From NCBI GenBank assembly GCA_043732185.1, contig JAYTHY010000138.1, forward strand, positions 1 to 48,477: a stretch of DNA of 48,477 nt, in the 5' to 3' direction. Origin of the DNA: Fibrobacteria bacterium (GTDB taxonomy: Bacteria > Fibrobacterota > Fibrobacteria > UBA11236). Of the stretch, positions 39,436 to 48,447 are shown piece by piece. A program made the position numbers and the translations under genes. The notes beneath the pieces were generated by a model. It was not told where the DNA came from. It ran no database searches and worked only from the letters and a program-made list of their open reading frames with translations. Position 1 is the stretch's first letter. Every line of letters begins with the position of its first letter.

Positions 39436-39470
39436 GTTAACAGTGTAAACAATTAGCGGAAATCTGTCAA
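39435..39470 (-). promoter_or_regulatory. Sigma70 promoter for a leaderless tetR mRNA with overlapping operator
   Basis: TTGACA (39470-39465), 17 nt, TACACT (39447-39442), 6 nt, ATG; 17-bp imperfect palindrome at 39435-39451. Confidence 0.75.
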
Positions 39471-39487
39471 AGTCCCCGCTCCCTAAT

Positions 39488-41083
39488 TTACAGGCGGGTG
39501 ACAACCACGGTGATGGAATCTGCGGTTGTGGATGTGGAATAGGTTTGGGTTAAACTGAAAAATGTCGGCGATAAAACCAGGGGTGCGGTTTTTGAGGCCA
39601 GGGTCAGGCCAGTCAAGGCAGTAAAATTACTGGGTCGTTTCAGCACGGAAACCAGGTACCGTTTGGTTGTAAGCTTGTCTTCGGCAGTAACCTGGACCTC
39701 AAAAAAGTTTGATCCCGAGAGCAGTTGCTTGCCTTTGAGGCTGATTTTTGGATACCGAAGCGTATCCTTGGAAACCGTGTCATTGGCCGCCACAGTAATG
39801 CCGCCGGCGGGATGCATGTGACGGACAATGACCCATCCCAAAGAGTCTTTGGCTCGAACGTTTAAATTGATCAAACTCGTTACGGCATCCACCGAGTCCT
39901 GATAGTCGAGAATTTTAGGTGAAAATGCCGGCGTCAGACGACCGCCTTCCAGATAAAGAGAATCCAATTCCGCAATTGCGCCGAGCTTACGCAATATATC
40001 AACACTGTACAGATTTTTACTGAGCCCGTTCAGGGCCGTGACCTCAATACCGATGGAGTTCATTCCCACGGAAATGGGTATCGTAAGTATGGTCGTACCC
40101 GGGACCGAGGTAACATTGGTGATAACGCCATTGATGCTGCCGCCTTTGAGCGTTACCGTACTACCGGCGGTTCGACTCGAAGCAATGATTATAATGGAGC
40201 TGGAAGCTACAGTGGCCGTATATTTTTCAATATCGGGATTAAAAGCCGGATACAAATACACTTCAGATACCAAGGAGGTTTTCACATTGATGCTGGAGCA
40301 GGCTGCGTCCGCACTGGCGGCAAACTTGACATTGAGCACATAGGTTTTAATCGATGACGAGTCCAGCGACGTTACCTTGATGGTAATGGTATTGGTCACG
40401 CCGGCTTTTAAGCGTACCAACTCACCCTTAAGGGAATCCGGTTTATGTCCGTTCACGGTAATTTGCGCCTGACGTTCTTTGGCAAAAGGGCGTACTACAA
40501 AGGAATCCGCATTCGCTCCTACGAGCACGGTATAGCTGGCAGAGTCCGGATTGAAGAGTGGTGTAAGTTGTCCTTCAGAACCGAGAATGCTGTCCAAGCG
40601 GGCTTCTGCACCGGAATTGCGATTCACATTGATGGAGTAGACTATGGGATCCCCCGTGCTCTTCGAATGCACATTCACACGCAAGGGATTTGTGCCGACT
40701 TTAAGCTTTCCCGATCCTATTGTTACGCCGGACTCCATAGGTATTCCATTCAAATCGAGTGTTGCCTGCGTATCCCCCACAACGGCATTGAGGGTGACGA
40801 TATCCAGGGCAAATGGAACTGTTACCGAATAGACAAAAATACCTGGTGCAAAAGGAGGGACGAGCACACCGCTGGAAAGCACAAAGGATTTTAATCGGGT
40901 TAAAGTATTGGTAGGCTGAAAAGCGGGAAGCATTTTCGACGGAGTTTTTTGCGCCGTACTCGGAACTCCAGCATCAACTTTTATATCCGATTGTAACGCC
41001 AGCAATCCAAGGGAATCGAAACCCTGCATGCGAATCTGAAAATCGGCGCCGATGGAGTCCGGAAGCCGATACTTGGCCGTGTT
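39488..41083 (-). pseudogene. Cadherin-like beta-sandwich repeat protein, apparently truncated at both ends
   Basis: Repeated LxxL...LxPxFxP..xxY...V.AxD..K.Y.v domains; no signal peptide; last repeat ends mid-domain; coding-like frame runs up to the upstream gene's TAA. Confidence 0.65.
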
Positions 41084-41644
41084 TTACTCTTTGACTAGAA
41101 TGAGGGTATTGATGGGCTTGGGTGTATCATTGATTTTGTAAATGAACACGCCTGTGGCAACCGTCAACGCGGCGCCACCGGCCGCCCAAAATACGGCTGG
41201 CGAAATGCCGAGGGTGTTGTTTTTTGTGGAGGAGCCAGCGACAGAAGATGCGAGGCCGGAATGTTTGGATTTGTAATCCTCTTGTACATTTCGAAAAATC
41301 AAAAAAATGTTTTCGCTGGCATACATATCCAGAATATTGGCGTTCGGATTCGCACTCACAAATTGATAGAGAAAATAACGGCCCTTTTCCCGAGTGGACG
41401 ACGCAGCCGAATATATGACCCCTAAATGTTTATATGTAAAAAGGCTTTCCGCATGGGACAAAGTCCGTTTAGATTTGAGAGCCGCTTCCAGTGGAGCGGT
41501 GGCCTGATCAAAATCGCCGTTGATGAATGCGGAATGTATGTCTGTTGTATCAATCGGATCCGCCTTTCGCGCCGAACTATGGCTGAAAAGACCAAAAATC
41601 AGAAAAAAAAGGACGCTTTGCCAAGGAAATCGGTAACTTCGCAT
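41084..41644 (-). CDS. Exported hypothetical protein with C-terminal TM anchor
   Basis: Signal-like N-terminus, TPR-like YKHLGVIY helix, DMYAS motif, WAAGGAALTVATGVFIY anchor. Confidence 0.75.
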   Translation of the reverse strand: MRSYRFPWQSVLFFLIFGLFSHSSARKADPIDTTDIHSAFINGDFDQATAPLEAALKSKRTLSHAESLFTYKHLGVIYSAASSTREKGRYFLYQFVSANPNANILDMYASENIFLIFRNVQEDYKSKHSGLASSVAGSSTKNNTLGISPAVFWAAGGAALTVATGVFIYKINDTPKPINTLILVKE

Positions 41645-41734
41645 CGAAAAAAAACAGTAAAACTTGCCGACCAAGGAATCGATTGCGCAGTTGAGATGGC
41701 GAGCTTTTCAAATCGTGTGCATAAGTGCGGGCAA

Positions 41735-44206
41735 TTAATTATGCGCGACAGGTATAGCGTGCTTGCGTTTTTCTTCCACCAACCAGGAGTCAAAATCGAA
41801 TAAATGCTCGGCACGGCTGGCGTCCAAAACAGCTTCCAACCAGCCTTGTACGCAAGCGATGCCTGCGTTGTTTTCTTGACCCGTGCAATTTCCGATTCGG
41901 CATTCGGGGCAGTTCATACTCCGTTCCAAAATTTCCATTTCCGCAGGCGTGTACGACTCGCCTTCTTGAATGCGCCCGAAAAATCCGGAATCGAAGCGGC
42001 CTTTAATCACCTTAAGAAATGGATTTGGAGATTGGCGAATGCCGATGGGTGCGCCGAGTCCAGATACGTGCATTCTTTCCAAAATATTCTTGGGTTCCAT
42101 CACGCTGGCCCAGGCAAACCTTTTAAAATCAACGTGCATATCGGATGTGCGAATCGGTTCGTGAATCAAAGTGAAGAGATAGGTGTTGACTGCGCTCAAG
42201 AAAGCCTTGGGTTTGGACGGTTCTTCCAAGGCCTGAATGTGGACTTCCAGGAATTTTGCCACGGCGTCATAATAGGCATACAGTGTGTGCCGGGTTACTG
42301 GATAGGCCTGCGTTGTCAACGCCAGTTTACCGGATCGGGCGAAGGCCTCAAGGGTATCCCATAGCTGAGGGCTAGGAGTAGTCGTGGTGGCGGTTGTATA
42401 GGGATCCACTCCCACAATGTGAAAATTATCATGATTGAAGAATTGGAAGGGAGTCATGTAGACTCTGTCCGCTATTAAATATTTGAAATCGATCAAGGCG
42501 GCTACAAAAAGGGGAACGGAACGCGTCCGCCGGAAAAATGTGGTGTTCAAAGGGTTATACGAGGGGAATACAATCACTTCCGATTTTTTCATCACCTCGG
42601 GAATGTGGTATTCGGGAATTTCTTTGAGCCCCAGTTCAAATGTTTCCATCAAGGTAGCTTGTCGTTTCGGCCGGGTGGCCTGTAGCTTACCTGTGCTTTC
42701 CACTTCAGTACGCCAAATTTCCGCCCGGGTTCGACCCTTGCGCAGCAAATCATATTCTGCACTAACTGTATCGTTATAGCCTTCCGAAAAGTGCGCCACT
42801 TCACCATCAACTTTGGTGACGCCAATAATATGTTCGACAACCATCACAAATCTGCCGATGAACTCTATGCACGGGCCGTAGGGATATTTTCGAAAAACCA
42901 AATCAAAAATCCTTTTCCGCATAGCATCCAGCACGGCGGGAATTTGAACCTTGAGGTCGGCTATGGCGCTGCCAGGCTCGGGCTGGCTCGATGTTCCACA
43001 GCAAAATTGTTGCTCAAGCCGATTCATGTGGCGGGAAATATTTTCGAATGTCCCCCTCAATTCCGGTATGGACCAATATCCCGCCTGGCACGTTATCGGG
43101 GCCTGGCAATTGCGACCCTCCTCGCAGGCGAGCGTGCACGCCTGGCTTTTTTTCAGCGCCGCTCTTTGCTGGAAATCGGAATAGGTCCTAAAGGCATCCC
43201 TTTCTATTTGATTGGAGACAAAAGGATCGAAGAGAATAATCTCGTTGGCCTCCAAAAACCGCCTATTGTGTTTTCGACAATTCCTACCCATGAGATGAAG
43301 TTCGCCCATATCCCCGGGTGGTTTCAGGGTTTCGGTGGTAATCACGGTTTTTCCAGGAGCGGTATGGTACACGCCATGTGTATCAGGAAGGAATGCGTCG
43401 GCTTCACCGCTCAAATAAATTTCAATTCGATAAGGCGCAAACGTGCGATTGAATGCACCCGGTTTCCTGAGGCGGGGATAGGGCCCGGAAAGTTCATTGC
43501 TTTTCTGGTTCATCAAAAAAGCCTTATGGGGATGATGCGTGATAAGGTTCTGATCCTGAGGCTTCATCAATGGGACAAGACTCAATGCCTGCGCATCGAA
43601 AACCTCTTGATATACCAAGACATCGTTTTCGGTGGATATTTTGAGAAGCAGCGAGTTTACATTTTGGAGGTCGCATAATTCCACCTCAATGCCGGCTGAT
43701 TCATTTAAAGGCGTAAAATGATCCGGTCTGCTTCGTAGCCTATACCCAATCCCCCCCTGAATGGAAAACGAATTGGCGCCGGATCCCAATGGGTCCAAGG
43801 CATCGTCTAATGTTTCCAGCGCGGCCTTGGCTTGCCCGGCCAATAGGTTTTGAATAGCCTGTGCCATCCCAGCCGCAGCCGGTGGAATGTTTAGCTGAAA
43901 ATCTACGGCCCCAAAAACTTCTTGGGTCGGAATATTCAGAAACGCCAAAACTTCTTTAAGCGCCATCCAGACGCATTTGTTTTTCGCATCTGCGGTCAAG
44001 TTATCAGGGAAGTCATATCCCAAATGTTTCAGCCTAAGCATGAGATTGGGATCGTCGGCGCCGAGTGTCGGATCAATTGGTGCGGTGACATGATTGCATG
44101 TGCCGTGCAAATCCTCAATGCCATCCCATTTAAACCATCGGATTTGCGTTCCGAAAAGGTTGTGCACCTGCCCCGTGGACAAGTGTATCCTCTTGTCTTT
44201 ACGCAT
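41735..44206 (-). CDS. 823-aa hypothetical protein, putative effector with an HDxxH...HE motif
   Basis: Long ORF with GGGAAACC before ATG; no named family recognised. Confidence 0.8.
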   Translation of the reverse strand: MRKDKRIHLSTGQVHNLFGTQIRWFKWDGIEDLHGTCNHVTAPIDPTLGADDPNLMLRLKHLGYDFPDNLTADAKNKCVWMALKEVLAFLNIPTQEVFGAVDFQLNIPPAAAGMAQAIQNLLAGQAKAALETLDDALDPLGSGANSFSIQGGIGYRLRSRPDHFTPLNESAGIEVELCDLQNVNSLLLKISTENDVLVYQEVFDAQALSLVPLMKPQDQNLITHHPHKAFLMNQKSNELSGPYPRLRKPGAFNRTFAPYRIEIYLSGEADAFLPDTHGVYHTAPGKTVITTETLKPPGDMGELHLMGRNCRKHNRRFLEANEIILFDPFVSNQIERDAFRTYSDFQQRAALKKSQACTLACEEGRNCQAPITCQAGYWSIPELRGTFENISRHMNRLEQQFCCGTSSQPEPGSAIADLKVQIPAVLDAMRKRIFDLVFRKYPYGPCIEFIGRFVMVVEHIIGVTKVDGEVAHFSEGYNDTVSAEYDLLRKGRTRAEIWRTEVESTGKLQATRPKRQATLMETFELGLKEIPEYHIPEVMKKSEVIVFPSYNPLNTTFFRRTRSVPLFVAALIDFKYLIADRVYMTPFQFFNHDNFHIVGVDPYTTATTTTPSPQLWDTLEAFARSGKLALTTQAYPVTRHTLYAYYDAVAKFLEVHIQALEEPSKPKAFLSAVNTYLFTLIHEPIRTSDMHVDFKRFAWASVMEPKNILERMHVSGLGAPIGIRQSPNPFLKVIKGRFDSGFFGRIQEGESYTPAEMEILERSMNCPECRIGNCTGQENNAGIACVQGWLEAVLDASRAEHLFDFDSWLVEEKRKHAIPVAHN

Positions 44207-44213
44207 GGTTTCC

Positions 44214-45089
44214 CTATTTTCCTGTTTTGTCCGCAGGCGGTTCTACGGATTTAACGGTGATGCTTCCTGCCAGTGGTTTTTTCAATTTGAGAACCCCATC
44301 ATCGGGAATTTGCTCGACCAGCTCACTGCCATCCGGTAATAATAAAGTTGCCTTCCCACGTAAATCCCGAAAGCGAATCTCAACCCAACTGACATACTTT
44401 GTTTCCGTGGATGTGGCAGACGCTCCCAGGCAGGACAATTCAAAGTGGTAGATCGGCGTTTCATACTTTTCGCCCAGCTTATCCAAGTCCGGTTGAATTT
44501 GAAGCCGAGGTTCCTGCTGCGGCGGCTTGCGTTTCCATTGGCAACTCACTTGTCCCGCGGTTAGAACGCCTTTGCCATTAAACACAGGCTGCGGCGCTTG
44601 ATCTTTTATCTGGCAGAACAACACAAAATCACAGTGGGTGCCGTCCGGCGGGCCTTCTACTTTGGCGAGCATTTTAAGAATGGGCTCCTGGGCAATTTCC
44701 TGCAAGTCCTTGCCATCGCCATCCTGCAGTTTAAGCTCCGTGATTTTAATCGGAGGCAGCACTTTGATCCAACCCGCTTTTCCTTTCGCTCCGTGGTCAG
44801 GCAGTTCGGCCTCGAAGGTCATGGCTCCAGTTTTATTGGGCTTAGATACTGTATAGTATCCCCGGTACAGGTTGGCGTAAATTTTTCCCACCACGGTGTC
44901 TACGGCCGCGCCCTCTTTATCCTTGAGAGTGATTTTAAGCGTTGCGCCATCTGCTACAAAGGCAGTGGTGACTTCAATTTGCACTCGGCCGCCCTGGGCC
45001 ACTTGGGATGTGCCCCAACGCGCTTCGACGATTTCGGACTTGAGTTTGATTTGCAAAGGCGAATCTGTTTGACCGTTGAATTTTGGCAT
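44214..45089 (-). CDS. Hypothetical protein with two Ig-like beta-sandwich repeats
   Basis: AGGA RBS; internal repeat (VADGATLKITL / PPDGTHCDFVL); no signal peptide. Confidence 0.8.
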   Translation of the reverse strand: MPKFNGQTDSPLQIKLKSEIVEARWGTSQVAQGGRVQIEVTTAFVADGATLKITLKDKEGAAVDTVVGKIYANLYRGYYTVSKPNKTGAMTFEAELPDHGAKGKAGWIKVLPPIKITELKLQDGDGKDLQEIAQEPILKMLAKVEGPPDGTHCDFVLFCQIKDQAPQPVFNGKGVLTAGQVSCQWKRKPPQQEPRLQIQPDLDKLGEKYETPIYHFELSCLGASATSTETKYVSWVEIRFRDLRGKATLLLPDGSELVEQIPDDGVLKLKKPLAGSITVKSVEPPADKTGK

Positions 45090-45214
45090 AGTTTCCTATT
45101 GGATAAGGCGGTGGGCATTAACCAAAATAACCAGGCATTCGCACACATCCAATGGTTTTCCACTATATTTCAAGGGATAGAACTGCCAAATAGCGTTCGC
45201 AACCCAGGACATAA

Positions 45215-47254
45215 ATGACAACGGACGAATTGAAGAAGCTGGAAGCCACTCTCTGGCAAACCGCCGACACCCTGCGCGCCAATTCCGACCTCAAATCCTC
45301 CGAATATTCCACCCCGGTTTTAGGCCTTATTTTCCTCCGCTTCGCCGACAATAAATACAGCGCCCAAGAAGCCGCTATCAATGCCGAGTTCGAAAAACTG
45401 AAAGGCAAGCGCAACGAACGCCCCATCCACGAAATCGCCATTGAGAAATGTGGCTTCTACTTGCCCAAGGAAGCCCGCTACGAATACCTGCTCAACCTGC
45501 CCGAAAAGGATGACATCGCCAAAGCCTTGAAGAAGGCCATGCAACTCATCGAACAATACAAGCCGGAATTGAAAGAAACACTCCCTCTAGAGGAATACTT
45601 CCGCCTGGTTCGAAAGCCGGAATACAAAATCATCCCCAAACAATTGCTCAAGAACTTCGCCGACATTCCCCGCAACGCTACGGGAGACATGTTCGGACAG
45701 ATCTACGAATACTTCCTGGGTAAATTCGCCTTGGCCGATGGACAAGGGGGCGGTGAGTTTTTCACACCTCGTTCTGTGGTGCGCGTGATGGTGGAAATCA
45801 TCGAACCCCATCAAGGCACCGTTTTCGATCCCGCCTGCGGATCGGGCGGCATGTTTGTCCAGTCCTCGGCATTCGTGGAAGCGCGCACGTCCGGTTCCAA
45901 ACAAAAGGCCAAGGACACGAGCCTGTATGTTTATGGCCAAGAAAAGACTTTGGAAACCGTGAAGTTGGCCAAGATGAATATCGCCGTGAACGGCCTGCGC
46001 GGCGAGGTCAAACAGGCGAATACCTACTATGAAGATGCTTTCGGTAGCTTTGGAAAATTCGACTATGTGCTGGCTAATCCTCCTTTTAATATGGACGATG
46101 TGAACCTGGCCAAGGTGGAGGGCGACCGCCGTTTCAACACTTACGGCATCCCGCGCAATAAAACCAAGCTCAAATCCAAGGACGGATCCGAAACTGTACC
46201 CAACGGCAATTATCTGTGGATCAATTTATTCGCCACCTCGCTCAAGCCCAAAGGCCGCGCCGCCTTGGTCATGGCCAATTCCGCGTCCGATGCACGCAAT
46301 AGCGAAGCCGACATCCGCAAGACCTTGATCGAAAAGAACTTGATCTACGCCATGCTCACCTTGCCGTCGAATATGTTCTACACCGTGACCCTGCCCGCCA
46401 CGCTATGGTTTTTCGACAAGGGCAAACAGGACGATAAAATCCTGTTCATCGACGCACGCAATATCTTCACACAAATCGATCGCGCCCATCGAGAATTCAC
46501 GGAAGAGCAAATCCAGAACATCGCCGTGATCAGCCGCCTGCATCGGGGAGACCGGGAAGCCTTTACGGGCTTGGTGCATGGTTATTTCACGGAAGGATTT
46601 ACCCGCCTGGCTGAACATCGGCCCAAGCTGGCCGAGGTGGCTGGTAAGGTGAGCGCGTTTCTCAAAGCCAATAAGGTGAAAAATTCTCCGGATATTGCCA
46701 AATCGTTGGCCGGGTCGGATGGACTGGAAAAAGCGTATCAGGCTTATCGTAAGGACGGAGATATTTCCGAGGTGGTGGCGGCGAATAAAATGCAGCGCAA
46801 GCTATATGGGATCATTCAGCCTTTCTTCACGGCCTTGCATGAGGTGATGAAGGATGTGGATAAGCAGGTGCGGCAGGTGGAGAAGGAGTTGGGCGGTAGC
46901 AAGGATATCAAATTGCTGAAGACGGAATTGGAATTGCTGCATAAGGAAGCCAAGGAGACGGAGTATTTCTTTGGGCATATCGGGTGGTTGCAGGAGCGGT
47001 TTCCGGATGCGAAGTACGAAGATGTGACGGGCCTGTGCAAGCTGGCAAGCTTGAAGGATGTCGAGGAGCAGGAGTATTCGCTGAACCCGGGGCGGTATGT
47101 GGGGGTGGTGATTGAGGAGGATGGGAAGACGGAGGAAGAGTTCATCGAAGAGATGTTGGGGATGAATGAGGAGTTGTCGAAGCTGAATGCGCAGGCCCGG
47201 GAGTTGGAGGATGTGATTGGGAATAATATTCGGATGATTGCGGGTGAAGGATGA
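45215..47254 (+). CDS. hsdM: Type I restriction-modification methyltransferase subunit
   Basis: LWQTADTLR, GEFFTPRSVV, DPACGSGG, NPPF, LFIDAR and YSLNPGRYVG motifs. Confidence 0.96.
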   Translation: MTTDELKKLEATLWQTADTLRANSDLKSSEYSTPVLGLIFLRFADNKYSAQEAAINAEFEKLKGKRNERPIHEIAIEKCGFYLPKEARYEYLLNLPEKDDIAKALKKAMQLIEQYKPELKETLPLEEYFRLVRKPEYKIIPKQLLKNFADIPRNATGDMFGQIYEYFLGKFALADGQGGGEFFTPRSVVRVMVEIIEPHQGTVFDPACGSGGMFVQSSAFVEARTSGSKQKAKDTSLYVYGQEKTLETVKLAKMNIAVNGLRGEVKQANTYYEDAFGSFGKFDYVLANPPFNMDDVNLAKVEGDRRFNTYGIPRNKTKLKSKDGSETVPNGNYLWINLFATSLKPKGRAALVMANSASDARNSEADIRKTLIEKNLIYAMLTLPSNMFYTVTLPATLWFFDKGKQDDKILFIDARNIFTQIDRAHREFTEEQIQNIAVISRLHRGDREAFTGLVHGYFTEGFTRLAEHRPKLAEVAGKVSAFLKANKVKNSPDIAKSLAGSDGLEKAYQAYRKDGDISEVVAANKMQRKLYGIIQPFFTALHEVMKDVDKQVRQVEKELGGSKDIKLLKTELELLHKEAKETEYFFGHIGWLQERFPDAKYEDVTGLCKLASLKDVEEQEYSLNPGRYVGVVIEEDGKTEEEFIEEMLGMNEELSKLNAQARELEDVIGNNIRMIAGEG

Positions 47255-47611
47255 GATTTATTGAGTCGCATCGGATGGAATATAGGGTCAGGGAATTTGC
47301 AGTCAATGCCATCGTGCATAATGGTTACTCGTACAAAGCACCCCCCAAGTCACCCCCCATGTCACCCCCCCATGTCACCCCCCCATGTCACAAAATTGAT
47401 GATAATTATTAAGGACGAAATGAGTCGAGACGAATTGCAGGATATCTTGAAATTAGAGGATCGAAAGCCCTACAGTGATTTGTATCTAAAACCGGCAATA
47501 GTCAATGGTTTATGTGAAATGACGGAATCTGATAAACCAAGGCGGCACTTGCAGAAATACCGGCTGACTGCGACAGGAAAAAACGTTTGGATGAATGCAG
47601 GCGAAGAATGA
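47251..47611 (+). pseudogene. Frameshifted remnant of an HATPase_c_4-like / Fic-type C-terminal wHTH protein
   Basis: ATG 47251 frame gives REFAVNAIVHNGY; a second frame gives MSRDELQ...YLKPAI...EMT..DKP...QKYRLT; the two are joined across poly-C repeats. Confidence 0.7.
47340..47389 (+). repeat. Four tandem 12/13-nt units with C6, C6, C7, C7 tracts
   Basis: A-C6-AAGTC, A-C6-ATGTC, A-C7-ATGTC, A-C7-ATGTC; C6 units would encode TPQV/TPHV. Confidence 0.9.
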
Positions 47612-48447
47612 AGTCCTGGCCGCAGGTCAAACTTAAGGATCTCTGCGACGTCAAAGGCGGGAAAAGACTTCCACTTGGGGAGGATTTCTCACTTCATGGC
47701 CATCCATATATCCGCGCCCGAGACATCAAAAACGGAAAAATAAAAATTGAATCCCCAGTCTTTATTTCTGATTCCGTAAGGGAAAAAATCAAGCGGTACA
47801 TTACGAATACAAATGACATTTTAATTACGATTGTAGGCGCAAACATTGGAGATGTCGGCATTGTACCAAGGGAATTTGACAACGCCAGCTTGACGGAAAA
47901 TGCTGTTAAGTTAACCAACTACAGGGGCGTTGATTCCAAATATCTTGTAAATTCCTTAACCAGTTCGCACAGCAAGGAAAGGATGCAACAAGCCTCGGCT
48001 GGAGCTGCACAAGGCAAACTTGGGATTTACAAAATCAACGAAATCCCAATTCTACTCCCCCCTCTCCCCATCCAACGCAAAATCGCCGCCGTCCTTTCCG
48101 CCTACGATGACCTGATCGAAAACAACACCCGCCGCATCGCCATTCTGGAAAAGATGGCCGAAGAGCTTTACCGCGAATGGTTTGTGCGCCTGCGTTTCCC
48201 GGGGCATGAGAAGACGAAGATTGTCAAAGGGGTGCCGGAGGGGTGGGAAGTTAATAACGCTCTTTCAATTCTAAATGTTCTCGGCGGTGGAACTCCCAAA
48301 ACAGAAAACCCCTCCTATTGGGATGGTGAAATACCTTTTTTCACGCCCAAAGATGCCGATGACAATTATTTCACTAATAACTCAAGAGTCGGGAGTTCTC
48401 GGGCTGATTTCATGTCATTTCGGAAATTTTTTCAAGCCCGCTTTTGA
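47608..48447 (+). pseudogene. hsdS: Type I RM specificity subunit, truncated in the second TRD
   Basis: WPQVKLKD, GKRLP, LPPLPIQRKIAAVLSAYDDLIENN, VPEGWE and GGGTP; similarity ends near 48380. Confidence 0.88.

Noticed and set aside
39436..39504. Longer tetR start given by the ORF track (39504)
   Set aside because: It overlaps the promoter and the upstream gene; the HTH and promoter geometry point to ATG 39435
42791..45218. Plus-strand ORFs of 295 aa and 206 aa
   Set aside because: Antisense to better supported minus-strand genes that have RBSs
47340..47389. CRISPR array
   Set aside because: Units are 12-13 nt, directly adjacent with no spacers; no cas genes; no repeat-spacer array seen anywhere in the window
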